DNA from: Bacillota bacterium
GTDB lineage: Bacteria > Bacillota > Ch66 > Ch109
Assembly (NCBI GenBank): GCA_050952625.1
Contig: JBMNLH010000001.1
Coordinates: 672,001-736,000, forward strand
Direction of reading: 5' to 3'
DNA: 64,000 nt
Shown piece by piece: positions 1 to 9,503 of the stretch. A model generated the notes under the pieces. That model ran no database searches, had not been told where the DNA came from, and was given only the letters and a program-made list of their open reading frames with translations. Within the stretch, counting starts at the first letter, position 1. Every line of letters begins with the position of its first letter. The position numbers and the translations under genes were made by a program.

Positions 1-454
1 TTTAATCGCTGTTCCCGGCTTGATTAATCTTGACTTTGCGGATGTTAAAACGATTATGACTGAAACTGGCTCCGCTCTAATGGGCATTGGCAGCGGCTGT
101 GGTGAAACCAGGGCGATGGAAGCGGCTCGGGCCGCGATCTCAAGTCCTTTACTAGAGACATCGATTGAGGGTGCCAGAGGGGTCCTCTTAAACATCACGG
201 GTGGGCCTGACCTTAGTTTGTTCGAAGTAAATGAAGCGGCTGAGGTGATTGCCCAAGCGGCTGACCCAGATGCCAATATTATCTTTGGGGCGGTAATTGA
301 TCAAACACTGCAAGACGAGGTGCGGGTTACCGTTATCGCAACCGGGTTTGATGCTGCTCCGGCAGACCGTAAGGAAATAGTTAAAGAAATGGAATTGCGT
401 CCCTTTGCTAGTGGAAGCAATCTCGATATTCCAGCCTTTTTACGCCGGCGGTAG
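1..454 (+). CDS. ftsZ: Cell division protein FtsZ, 5'-truncated by the window edge
   Basis: [15 protein letters not shown] and VTVIATGF motifs, C-terminal [10 protein letters not shown] peptide; frame open from position 2. Confidence 0.98.
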   Translation, partial: LIAVPGLINLDFADVKTIMTETGSALMGIGSGCGETRAMEAARAAISSPLLETSIEGARGVLLNITGGPDLSLFEVNEAAEVIAQAADPDANIIFGAVIDQTLQDEVRVTVIATGFDAAPADRKEIVKEMELRPFASGSNLDIPAFLRRR

Positions 455-463
455 GCAATGAGT

Positions 464-547
464 TGTGGGCTTATCTTATTTAATACTTCAGGTGAGGTAG
501 AGTCTCGACCTGAAGTTCCGGTGTTCAGCGAAGCTGGACGAGTTCAC
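464..547 (+). repeat. Dispersed repeat family A, copy 1 (IS200/IS605-end-like, MITE-like)
   Basis: TCAGGTGAGGTAGAGTCTCGACCTGAAG..TGTTCAGCGAAGCTGGACGAGTTCAC aligns with copies at 2539, 32603 and 49822. Confidence 0.8.
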
Positions 548-582
548 TCTGGTTGTGCCTGGCGGGCATGGTTGGTTAACGC

Positions 583-615
583 GAAAGAGCGGGAAATATC
601 CCGCTCTTTTATTTT
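583..615 (+). terminator. Intrinsic terminator after ftsZ
   Basis: AAAGAGCGGGA-aata-TCCCGCTCTTT followed by T-tract. Confidence 0.85.
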
Positions 616-799
616 ATTGAGTCCAGTTAATGACAAATTATGTTAATAGTTTAGAGTATAATCCTAATATAGGCATTAGTTTTCTGGATAGAGCAGAGTT
701 AAGTTTAGGCAGTATCAACTATCTTCCAGTACTAGACCTGGGAAGAGCCCCATATACATAATAAAGATGCACAAACCTAGGGAATATGGAGGGGTTAGC

Positions 800-1729
800 A
801 TGGGGCAGTCCTATGTCTACCTGGACGTAGTATTCTTGATTAACCTGGTCATGGATTATACAATTCTCTGGGCCACCGCTCGTTTTGGTCAGATACCAGC
901 GAGTAACAAACGATTGCTTGCCGGTGCTTTCGTTGGAGCTCTTTACTGTATTGCCCTGCTTATTCCTGGTTTAACGTTTCTCTATGGTCTCCTGTTTCGA
1001 GTAGTACTCTCCCTGGTTATTGTCGGCGTAGCCTTTGCCCCCTTAACGCTCAGAAAGTTTTTACAAGCGTTTGGCTACTTTTATTTGATCGCTTTTACTA
1101 TGGGTGGGGCGATTCTAGGCGGAATTTACCTCTTATCTACTAATCCGCAACTTTTTGGAACAGTTAATCGCCTGTTACAGGTATTGGTAAATATTCCTTT
1201 TGGCTGGTTATTAGTCGGGGTCGCGGCAGCAGTTGTTTTGGGAAAATGGGGCACAGCCCTAATCCGCCGAGCGTTGGTCAAGACTTTTTTTCGCGTACCG
1301 TTGACCATTTGTTTTGGTGGACAAAACCTGACGTTGCCGGCTTTGCTGGACACCGGTAACCAGCTTAAGGATCCGCTAACCAAAGCCCCGGTAGTTATCG
1401 CTGAGTATTCAGCTGTTGAACCGTTTTTGCCGGATGACTTAAAGGATATTTTTCGGCGATCGCCGGATCTTGATTTGAAAAAAGCGGCCGAAGAATTATC
1501 CGGCTCGGAGTGGTCAAATCGATTTAGACTAATCCCCTTTTCTTCGATTGGCAAGCATCATGGCATGCTACTCGGCCTGCGACCGGATGAGGTTAGTATT
1601 GTAGTGGATGATCGTAAAGTAACCACCCAGAATGTAGTGGTTGGCATCTACAATAAACCTCTTTGTCCCGAGGGTTCGTACCGGGCTTTATTGCATCCTG
1701 ATTTATTAGGATCAGCAATGACCGCTTGA
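800..1729 (+). CDS. spoIIGA: Pro-sigmaE processing aspartic peptidase SpoIIGA
   Basis: [10 protein letters not shown] start, several TM helices, [11 protein letters not shown] motif; ATG at 800 follows GGAGG; position between ftsZ and sigE. Confidence 0.95.
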   Translation: MGQSYVYLDVVFLINLVMDYTILWATARFGQIPASNKRLLAGAFVGALYCIALLIPGLTFLYGLLFRVVLSLVIVGVAFAPLTLRKFLQAFGYFYLIAFTMGGAILGGIYLLSTNPQLFGTVNRLLQVLVNIPFGWLLVGVAAAVVLGKWGTALIRRALVKTFFRVPLTICFGGQNLTLPALLDTGNQLKDPLTKAPVVIAEYSAVEPFLPDDLKDIFRRSPDLDLKKAAEELSGSEWSNRFRLIPFSSIGKHHGMLLGLRPDEVSIVVDDRKVTTQNVVVGIYNKPLCPEGSYRALLHPDLLGSAMTA

Positions 1730-1742
1730 GGGTGGGATTTAT

Positions 1743-2525
1743 GTGAGGGAGGGACTTGTGTTGGTCGATAGAGGTTCGAACCTACTCCTGATTAGATGGG
1801 ATAAATGGTGGCTGAAAGTCCGCTGGACTGTTAAACTGGCTTTCCTGAGCCTTCTCCAAAAAGTGGGGTGGCGGTCTGAAGTTCACTATGTCGGTAGCAG
1901 TGAGGCCCTCCCACCTCCCCTGAGTTCTGACGAAGAAATCTTCCTGCTAACCCGGTTAGAAACCGGGGATCATGCAGTTAAAAGTGTGCTTATCGAAAGG
2001 AACCTTCGATTAGTTGTCTATATTGCCCGTAAGTTTGAAAACACTGGCGTGGGAATTGAAGACTTGGTCTCCATTGGCAGCATCGGCTTGATTAAAGCAG
2101 TTAATACTTTTGATGTGGCCAAACGGATTAAACTGGCTACTTACGCATCCCGTTGCATTGAAAATGAGATCCTGATGCATTTGCGCCGAAATAACCGTAA
2201 CCGAATCGAAGTATCCTTTGATGAGCCATTAAATGTTGATTGGGATGGCAATGAACTGCTTCTTTCTGATGTGTTGGGAACAGAAAACGATGTGATTTAC
2301 AAGGCCTTAGAGGATGAGGTTGATCGCAATCTCCTCCAGGCAGCCTTACTTAAACTTAGTCCGCGGGAAAAAAAGATTATGGAACTGCGTTTTGGCCTCC
2401 AAGGGGGAGAAGAAAAAACCCAAAAAGAAGTCGCTGACCTGCTGGGCATATCTCAATCCTACATCTCCCGCCTGGAAAAACGGATTATTAAAAGACTAAG
2501 AAAAGAGATTTATAAAATGGAATAA
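1743..2525 (+). CDS. sigE: Sporulation sigma factor sigma-E (pro form); exact start uncertain
   Basis: [61 protein letters not shown]. Confidence 0.97.
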   Translation: MREGLVLVDRGSNLLLIRWDKWWLKVRWTVKLAFLSLLQKVGWRSEVHYVGSSEALPPPLSSDEEIFLLTRLETGDHAVKSVLIERNLRLVVYIARKFENTGVGIEDLVSIGSIGLIKAVNTFDVAKRIKLATYASRCIENEILMHLRRNNRNRIEVSFDEPLNVDWDGNELLLSDVLGTENDVIYKALEDEVDRNLLQAALLKLSPREKKIMELRFGLQGGEEKTQKEVADLLGISQSYISRLEKRIIKRLRKEIYKME

Positions 2526-2538
2526 AGTGAGACAGTTA

Positions 2539-2645
2539 AGAGAACTCGTTCAGCTTCGCTGAACATCGAGGCTTCAGATGGAGACTCTACTCCACCTGAT
2601 TTTTGAACAAGGTAACCCCCACTTATAAAAGCAGGGGCTTTTGAA
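2539..2645 (-). repeat. Dispersed repeat family A, copy 2
   Basis: Reverse complement closely matches 32603-32707. Confidence 0.85.
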
Positions 2646-2672
2646 CTCAGATAGAATAGATCGACTCTTTAT

Positions 2673-2700
2673 GCGAGGATATATGCCTCGCTTTTTTTTT
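2673..2700 (+). terminator. Intrinsic terminator after sigE
   Basis: GCGAGG-atatatg-CCTCGC followed by 9 T. Confidence 0.7.
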
Positions 2701-2705
2701 GCTCA

Positions 2706-2734
2706 GAATAAAAACTATAAGCCAAGGGGATAAT
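2706..2734 (+). promoter_or_regulatory. SigmaF-type promoter of sigG
   Basis: GAATA-N15-GGGGATAAT is close to GYATA-N15-GGnnAnAnT and lies directly upstream of sigG. Confidence 0.7.
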
Positions 2735-2822
2735 TTAATTAATTAATAAACACCCTTAATGAGCCACTCCGACTAAGCAATCCTAAACTACCTAAATAAT
2801 GCAGGCAGCAGGGGGTTTGTGA

Positions 2823-3596
2823 ATGACGGTAAACAAGGTGGAGATCTGTGGGGTCAACACCTCAAAACTGCCAGTCCTCGGAAACAGTAAAATGCGGGAG
2901 TTGTTTAAAGCGGTTCAGAGTGGTGACCGAGAGGCCAGAGAAAAGCTGGTCAATGGAAACCTTCGCTTGGTGCTTAGTGTGATTCAGCGGTTTACCAATC
3001 GGGGTGAATACGTGGATGACCTTTTTCAAGTAGGTTGTATCGGGCTTATTAAAGCAATCGATAACTTTGATCTGTCACAAAACGTTAAGTTTTCTACTTA
3101 CGCTGTACCGATGATAATAGGTGAGATACGACGTTACTTGCGGGATAACAATCCAATTCGGGTTAGTCGGTCACTCCGGGATGTGGCTTATAAAGCGTTG
3201 CAGGTACGAGACGCCCTGGTTAACAAAAATTCCCGTGAGCCTTCCATTAATGAAATTGCGCAGGAACTAGATCTTCCGCGAGAAGAAATCATTTTTGCCC
3301 TTGATGCCATTCAGGAACCGATTTCTTTATTTGAACCCATCTATCACGATGGGGGGGATCCTATCTTTGTTATGGATCAAATCAGTGATGATAAGAATCA
3401 GGATTTTCACTGGTTGGAAGGGATAGCGGTGCGAGAAGCACTTCGAAAATTAAGTGATCGAGAGAAGTTGATTTTATCCCTGCGTTTTTTTGAGGGTAAG
3501 ACGCAAATGGAAGTGGCGGAAGAGATTGGAATATCCCAGGCTCAGGTATCTCGTTTAGAAAAAGCAGCTTTAAATCATATGCGGAAATATGTCTAG
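2823..3596 (+). CDS. sigG: Sporulation sigma factor sigma-G
   Basis: KVEICGVNTSKLPVL N-terminus, EPIYHDGGDPIFVMDQI. Confidence 0.98.
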   Translation: MTVNKVEICGVNTSKLPVLGNSKMRELFKAVQSGDREAREKLVNGNLRLVLSVIQRFTNRGEYVDDLFQVGCIGLIKAIDNFDLSQNVKFSTYAVPMIIGEIRRYLRDNNPIRVSRSLRDVAYKALQVRDALVNKNSREPSINEIAQELDLPREEIIFALDAIQEPISLFEPIYHDGGDPIFVMDQISDDKNQDFHWLEGIAVREALRKLSDREKLILSLRFFEGKTQMEVAEEIGISQAQVSRLEKAALNHMRKYV

Positions 3597-3615
3597 AATT
3601 GAAAGGGGTTAACGA

Positions 3616-4248
3616 TTGTTAAGCAAGCCTAATCGTCGATGGCTTTTGGCCGGTGGGATGATCTTTATCTTGTTGTTAATCGGATCTGCTAACGTTAAAC
3701 AGAGTACCCCGGTATCCGTCCCGGCTTTTAAATATGATAGTGTCCTCCGTTTTCACGTAATTGCTAACAGTGATTCTGAAACTGACCAAGCGATAAAGTT
3801 AGAAGTCCGAAATCGCGTACTCCAGTTTCTTCAACCCCTGCTTGCCCAAACGACCAATGTTTTCGAGGCCAAAAAGGTTGTTAGCGAAAACCTAAGTCAC
3901 ATTCAAAAATTGGCCCGGGATAAAGTTCTTGATTATGGATTAGAGTACCCAGTTACAGCGGAGATGGGCAGTTTTACCTTCCCGGCGCGACCGTATGATC
4001 ATCTAGTTCTTCCGGCTGGTGATTACGACGCTCTGCGAATTTCCTTAGGTGAGGGAGATGGGCAAAACTGGTGGTGTGTTTTGTTTCCTCCTTTGTGTTT
4101 CGTGAATGGTTCGGGTGGTTTGGTTTTCGACGATTCACAGTGGTCCGAAGAAGAGGAGTCTCTTCAGCCGGTTTTTGCTCCGGTATCGGACGACGAGTCG
4201 AGTCAGGCCTCAATTCGTTTTAAGTTTTGGGAGTGGTGGAGTGAATAA
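3616..4248 (+). CDS. spoIIR: Stage II sporulation protein R
   Basis: Signal peptide, LRFHVIANSDS, G.G.NWWCVLFPPLC. Confidence 0.95.
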   Translation: MLSKPNRRWLLAGGMIFILLLIGSANVKQSTPVSVPAFKYDSVLRFHVIANSDSETDQAIKLEVRNRVLQFLQPLLAQTTNVFEAKKVVSENLSHIQKLARDKVLDYGLEYPVTAEMGSFTFPARPYDHLVLPAGDYDALRISLGEGDGQNWWCVLFPPLCFVNGSGGLVFDDSQWSEEEESLQPVFAPVSDDESSQASIRFKFWEWWSE

Positions 4249-4250
4249 GC

Positions 4251-4449
4251 TGCTATAATCATGTTCGCGTCGTGTTTTAACGGGGGTCAGCAATTGACGG
4301 TTTGCATCGGAGAACGAAGATAGCTGAGAATTAGCCGGCATTACTGTCGGAGCCCGCCGGGCGAGTTTAATGCCTGCCCGAAGCAGTCGACGTTCGTTCC
4401 CGGCCCAGTCTGCTGACCGAGTTAAAACACGCGCGTAGTTATTTTCAAA
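4251..4449 (+). other. Rod-like imperfect palindrome (~170 nt) behind an extended -10; candidate ncRNA or MITE (family C)
   Basis: TGcTATAAT at 4251-4259; nested arms CGTGTTTTAAC/GTTAAAACACG, GGTCAGCA/TGCTGACC, GAACGAA/TTCGTTC, GGCATTA/TAATGCC; decayed copies at ~10510 and ~28120. Confidence 0.6.
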
Positions 4450-4523
4450 GTAGACACAAAATAGACAAAAAACTCCCGGCTTGCTCATATATTTAGATAG
4501 AGGAGTCGGGAGGTGATCGATAA

Positions 4524-4811
4524 ATGGTTCGAGTGTCTGATCTAAGAATGCGCGACGTGGTAAATGTAGTCGATGGTCGCCGCCTAGGAATGATCAAAGA
4601 CTTTGATCTCGATGTAGAGGTTGGCCGGATAAGGTCAGTCCTTCTTCCCGGGTCAGGAAAAATCCTAGGTTTCTTCGGCCGCAATGATGACCTGGAGATC
4701 CCCTGGGATAACATCATCAAGATTGGAGTCGATGTTATTTTAGTAAACTTGCCCTCATTTACCGATGTACGGCGCAGTAATGAATCGGAATTAAACGGGC
4801 GTGAGGCATAA
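4524..4811 (+). CDS. ylmC: YlmC/YmxH family sporulation PRC-barrel protein
   Basis: SDLRMRDVVNVVDGRRLG, IPWDNIIKIGVDVILV. Confidence 0.93.
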   Translation: MVRVSDLRMRDVVNVVDGRRLGMIKDFDLDVEVGRIRSVLLPGSGKILGFFGRNDDLEIPWDNIIKIGVDVILVNLPSFTDVRRSNESELNGREA

Positions 4812-4842
4812 AACCGCCTTACCTACTTTTCATTCTTCCCTG

Positions 4843-5542
4843 CTAATTTATTGTTATTATATCCTCAACTAGTCCGGTATGCTTGATTTGAAAGTCCGCC
4901 TTGACCTGAACCTGGACAGTTGGGAAGATTTCATCCCACTGATCTTTAATGTCTTTCCAAAATTTCGGGTTTAAACGATATAGGATATCTCCAAAGCCCA
5001 AGGCGTCTGCACCTATAGCTTGAATCTTGGTCACTGCTTTCAGGCAGCGATATTCTACCTCTTGATTAATCAATTCCTCCAGCTTTCTAATATTCTCTTC
5101 GTTCAGTTCGATAACCGTGTCTGATTCTCTAAAATCACCCTGTCCTTTAAGGTTAATTACAAAAGTAATTCCGTTGTAATTAATTACTGGTTTAACCTGA
5201 GTTTTTACATTGCGAAATAAGTAACTGGTGTCTTTTTGGGTGGCAGCATATGCTACCGGAATTACTCCGCTGCCGGCTTGATTAGTGATCAATAGAAACC
5301 CTTGACTTTCCTCAGGATCTAATAAACCAACCATTTTATTCCCGGAAAAAATCGCTGAACCTTCAATAACAGGGGTCTTATGCTGTGGTGGGACCCCTCC
5401 TTCTTCACTTCTCCCTTCGGTAACACTATTGGCCCTATTCTGCGTGTTATTGTCTGGTTGCTTGATAGGGGAACTTTCTGCCGGGGGTTAATAATACTAC
5501 GATAGTTGCTTTAAAGCTTATTAAGCTTGGCGTTAATTTCAT
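4843..5542 (-). pseudogene. Ger(x)C germinant receptor lipoprotein, internally deleted and frameshifted
   Basis: RBS plus ATG at 5542 gives signal-like MKLTPSLISFKATIVVLLT, then the frame breaks at ~5485; another frame carries only the C-terminal Ger(x)C part (EGSAIFSGNKMVG...DALGFG..YRLNPKFWK); only 700 bp in total. Confidence 0.75.
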
Positions 5543-6635
5543 TATCATCCCTCTTTTTTCTCAGTAATGCGATAATTAAAACTAAACCTGGAATGATTAA
5601 CTCAATGGTGTAGGCATAAAATGGCCAGACCTTGGTTAAAAACTCGACTATTCGATAATGGCTTTGGTATACGGTAGTGGCGATAATAACAATGATGGTA
5701 CTGATAGGGATTATAGTATGGCGGTAATTATTTAACCCTAAAGTTGTCGCCGCAGCAATACAGCAGGTATGAATGAAGATGGCCAGTTTAATAATTGTCC
5801 CGGCTATCCAGATAATAACAAGCAGCAGCTCTACACGTTCCAAAAAATCAGCTAGAGAGATATACCTTATTAAACTGTGCACCGGATAAGCCAGACATGA
5901 CGTAACTAGGTCACCAAATACTCCGATGGTACCAGCAAAAACCGCTGCAGCGAATACACCGGACATGAATATCGTACCCAAGCCAGTTTGTAGGGCTTCC
6001 TCCTTCCGATTCAGGTAGGGCAGAAGCATTAAAATTAAAAATACCTCTCCGCGCCAGGCCGCAGGAACCATACTTCCCTTTAATATTGGTATTAAACCAT
6101 CTTCTAAAAATGGCCGAAAATTTATCAGACGTGTTTCATTCGCTACTAAAGCTAGGATAAAAAGAACCGATATGACAAATACAGAAAAAACCAGCCCGTT
6201 TTGCCGAGCAATAACTTCAATGCCTAGATAAACCCCATAGGCAGCTACGCTGGCTAAAACCACAGTGAATACTGAAAAGGGGGTTTCCGGTAGAAAGGCC
6301 ACATGGATAAATCCCACTCCTTCCGCCACAATTACGGTCGTGAGATGAATAAACACCAGCGTATAGGCTGCCGCCAAAAGCTTGCCGGGTATCATACCGA
6401 GTATCTTTGGCAAGTACTCAGTAAACACCTGCCGGGGATAGCGTCGGCCTAGGGCTACACATACCAGGGCTACCAGTAAACCATAAAGAGTAACCGGGAT
6501 TAAGATCGACAACCAACCATCTCTACCGGCCTCCCGGGCAACAATACCGGGAACAAAAAGAAAAACCGTAGCCATTTCTGCCATAAATAGTAATAGCATT
6601 AATTGAACGCTACTGATTCTACCTTTATCTAACAA
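5511..6635 (-). CDS. Spore germination receptor B subunit (GerAB/KB-type permease)
   Basis: About 10 TM helices, AGRDGWLS, FLERVE motif; between the A and C subunits. Confidence 0.92.
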   Translation of the reverse strand: MLDKGRISSVQLMLLLFMAEMATVFLFVPGIVAREAGRDGWLSILIPVTLYGLLVALVCVALGRRYPRQVFTEYLPKILGMIPGKLLAAAYTLVFIHLTTVIVAEGVGFIHVAFLPETPFSVFTVVLASVAAYGVYLGIEVIARQNGLVFSVFVISVLFILALVANETRLINFRPFLEDGLIPILKGSMVPAAWRGEVFLILMLLPYLNRKEEALQTGLGTIFMSGVFAAAVFAGTIGVFGDLVTSCLAYPVHSLIRYISLADFLERVELLLVIIWIAGTIIKLAIFIHTCCIAAATTLGLNNYRHTIIPISTIIVIIATTVYQSHYRIVEFLTKVWPFYAYTIELIIPGLVLIIALLRKKRDDNEINAKLNKL

Positions 6636-8272
6636 TTGCCCTTTCCTCCTTTGCGTTGAGAGCGACGGACATTTGGGGCAGCCGGCGGACCCGGTTTTTG
6701 ACCAGGATTCTGTCGCTGTCGATCAATATAGCCTATTAAACGTGGCCGAAAAAGCATGGCCCAGGCCGGGGCGCGAATTAAGGTATCTTTCAAATCAGCT
6801 AAAATTAATGGGGCCAGGGGAGATAAGTAAGGCACTCCAAAGGATCTTAAAGAACACAGATAGAATAACAACATTGAAAAAGCGGCCATAACGCCAAACA
6901 TTCCTAAGAAAGCAGCAGCTATCATGAATAAAAAGCGCAATAAACGAATGCTATTAACTAGGCTTACGGAAGGCAAGGTGTAAGACCCAATAGCAGTTAA
7001 AGCTACAATCACCACCATGGTCGAGGATACTAGACCGGCAGCTACTGCTGCCTGGCCGATAACAATTGCGCCGACAATACTGATGGTTTGACCAAAAGCA
7101 CGCGGCAAACGAATTCCTGCTTCCCTTAGTAGTTCGAAAGTTAATTCCATTAACAGAGCCTCAATAAAGGCCGGAAAGGGGACGCCTTCCCGAGCCGCCA
7201 GAACCGTGATAAGTAAGGGGGTAGGCAGTAACTCCTGGTGAAAAGTGCTTACTGCAATATAAACCGACGGGGCCAATAAGGCTACAAACAATCCCATCCA
7301 ACGGAAAAGACGAATAAAAGAAGCAAACCAGTAATGATTATAATAATCATCCGGGCTTTGTAGCTGATTGGCCATAGTAGTCGGCAGCATCATCGCAAAT
7401 GGTGTGCCGTCAATGATTAAGGCAGCCCCCCCTTCTAAGAGGTGGCCGACGATTCGATCCGGTCGCTCAGTCGCCTCGATGGTGCTGAAAAATGAATAAG
7501 GGCTGTCTTGAATAAACTCTGTAATTTTGTTGGTGCTGATAATGCCATCAATATCAATTCGTTGAACCCGGGCGTAGATCTCCTCAATCAATTTTGGGTT
7601 CGCATATCCTTTAAGATACACTAGGTTAACCGTGGTTTTAGTTACTACTCCCACTTTCAGACTATCTACTGCTAGGCGAGACGTAGGCAGGCGTTTGCGT
7701 AATAGGCCCATATTGGTGCGCAGGTCCTCATTAAAACCCTCTGCTGGTCCCTTGATCACCACTTCTACCGTCGGGGGCCCAATTGGTCGGCTGTTATCCT
7801 CAAAAAGGTCAATTAATAGCACCTGGTCCTGACCGTCAACAAATAAGCCCACAGAGCCTTGGCTTATCCAATCAGTTATCTCTACCCATTTGTTTTGTTT
7901 CTTTATTTTCCCAGATGGAATAACCTCTTGCATCAGCCAATCAATAGTGTTGCTGGGGTGGTGTTTAGGAGTAATATTGGTTAAAGCTCGTAACAGGCTG
8001 CGTTCCAGCAGTTCTTGGCTGGTTAAGGAATCGAAATAAGCGATCAAGGCCCGGGTGGATTGTTGACCAACTCTGATGACAAAATCATGGATTATCAGGT
8101 CATCGCAGTGATCAAAAATGCGGCGGATAGCCTTTCGGTTTTTATCTAGGTTTAAGGATAGGGTTTCGGTTTCCTGGAATGTTTGGGTTAATCGGGCCTG
8201 CCGGGCGGATTCATTGTCGCTAGTTTTTTTGTTGGTTTTACTTCGCAGAAATCTGAATATCCGTTTAAGCAT
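6629..8272 (-). CDS. Spore germination receptor A subunit (GerA/GerKA family)
   Basis: GPAEGFNE, TERPDR, ELLREAGIRLP, SFGVPYLSP. Confidence 0.96.
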   Translation of the reverse strand: MLKRIFRFLRSKTNKKTSDNESARQARLTQTFQETETLSLNLDKNRKAIRRIFDHCDDLIIHDFVIRVGQQSTRALIAYFDSLTSQELLERSLLRALTNITPKHHPSNTIDWLMQEVIPSGKIKKQNKWVEITDWISQGSVGLFVDGQDQVLLIDLFEDNSRPIGPPTVEVVIKGPAEGFNEDLRTNMGLLRKRLPTSRLAVDSLKVGVVTKTTVNLVYLKGYANPKLIEEIYARVQRIDIDGIISTNKITEFIQDSPYSFFSTIEATERPDRIVGHLLEGGAALIIDGTPFAMMLPTTMANQLQSPDDYYNHYWFASFIRLFRWMGLFVALLAPSVYIAVSTFHQELLPTPLLITVLAAREGVPFPAFIEALLMELTFELLREAGIRLPRAFGQTISIVGAIVIGQAAVAAGLVSSTMVVIVALTAIGSYTLPSVSLVNSIRLLRFLFMIAAAFLGMFGVMAAFSMLLFYLCSLRSFGVPYLSPLAPLILADLKDTLIRAPAWAMLFRPRLIGYIDRQRQNPGQKPGPPAAPNVRRSQRKGGKGNC

Positions 8273-8415
8273 TATTCTCCCCTTTTATTATCTGCCGGGT
8301 TATATTCTGAACTTGAAGACTTAGAACCAGTGACAGAAACGACTATTATTTGCTTAGATCGCCGGATTTGCTAGCCAACAGCCCCAAAAGAATAGTGTAA
8401 ATTAAGTGTGTAATA

Positions 8416-8445
8416 TAGTTTGCTAGATAACTCAAGTCTTCATTC
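8416..8445 (-). promoter_or_regulatory. SigmaG-type promoter of the ger operon
   Basis: Minus strand GAATG-N18-CAAACTA resembles GNATR-N18-CAnnnTA. Confidence 0.55.
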
Positions 8446-8502
8446 TGACTGGAGGTCTGTCTGTTTTATTTATTACTAAAAGCTATTTTTCCGAGGAACT
8501 TG

Positions 8503-8530
8503 GCAGGAATTAGCTGTCTTATTGTAGAAT
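8503..8530 (+). promoter_or_regulatory. SigmaH-type promoter upstream of pgeF
   Basis: GCAGGAATT-N12-GTAGAAT matches RNAGGAWWW-N11/12-RNNGAAT. Confidence 0.65.
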
Positions 8531-8564
8531 AAATTTTAATGACAAATCATCGTAAAACAGGCAG

Positions 8565-9485
8565 GTGAAAACTGTGCTGATTAACCCCGGAAAAGGCTGG
8601 TCCTGGCGGCAACGGGCCGGGATTAATTTTTTAGTCTTGGAAGCCCTGGAGCAGACCGGTTTGGTGCGGCATGGATTTAGTGCACGCCGGGGCGGCGTAA
8701 GTCAGGCGGGTTACTCTAGTCTTAACCTGGGGCTGCATGTTGGCGACGATCCCCGGCTAGTTCTAGAAAATCGTTGTCGGTTTGCCTCGGCTCTGGGAGT
8801 GGCCTCCCGGGACCTGGTTATCCCGGCCCAGGTTCATGGCGATCAAGTTGGCGTAGTGGGACGAGCCCAGGCTGGTTTTGGAGCGAATGATTTAGAAACA
8901 GCGGTACCGGGAGTGGATGCCCTAATCACTCAGGAGCCGGAACTGCCACTCTGTACTTTTTATGCCGATTGTGTCCCAATTTTCCTTTTTGATCCGGTTC
9001 GTCGGGTGATCGGTCTGGCTCACGCGGGGTGGAAGGGAACAGTGCAAAAGATTGGAACTCGGACCTTACAACGGATGCAGGAGGTCTTCGGAAGTAAACC
9101 GGAGGATTGTCTCGCCGGAATCGGTCCTTCGATCGGCCCTTGCTGCTATGAAGTAGATCAACCGGTGATCAGGCAGGTCCTGGCTGCTTTTCCCGATTCA
9201 AATAAATTGCTAACCGAGGCTGCAGTGGGAAACTACTCAACTGTTCAATTAGCACTGTTGGATAATGGTTTTAGAGAAAACCGAGCTAACCTTGATCTCT
9301 GGGCGGCCAACCAACTGACTCTTCTCAAAGGCGGTATCCTACCCCAAAACATTTGGCTAGCCGGTATCTGCACCCGTTGTCATCCGGAACTATTTTTTTC
9401 CTATCGGGGAGCAAATGGTCAGCCAACCGGCAGAATGGGGGCCGTAATTTCTTTGAGGATTGACAGTACTCCGGTAGCGAGTTAA
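8565..9485 (+). CDS. pgeF: Peptidoglycan editing factor PgeF (YfiH/YlmD)
   Basis: SLNLGLHVGD, QVHG, ADCVP, HAGWKG, GPSIGPCCYEV, FFSYR. Confidence 0.95.
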   Translation: MKTVLINPGKGWSWRQRAGINFLVLEALEQTGLVRHGFSARRGGVSQAGYSSLNLGLHVGDDPRLVLENRCRFASALGVASRDLVIPAQVHGDQVGVVGRAQAGFGANDLETAVPGVDALITQEPELPLCTFYADCVPIFLFDPVRRVIGLAHAGWKGTVQKIGTRTLQRMQEVFGSKPEDCLAGIGPSIGPCCYEVDQPVIRQVLAAFPDSNKLLTEAAVGNYSTVQLALLDNGFRENRANLDLWAANQLTLLKGGILPQNIWLAGICTRCHPELFFSYRGANGQPTGRMGAVISLRIDSTPVAS

Positions 9486-9503
9486 TATGGGATTACAGGA
9501 GCT

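Noticed and set aside
458-646. 62-aa ORF after ftsZ
   Set aside because: Made up of a family A repeat and the ftsZ terminator.
4210-4488. 92-aa minus-strand ORF
   Set aside because: Spans the family C palindrome and has no RBS or protein-like features.
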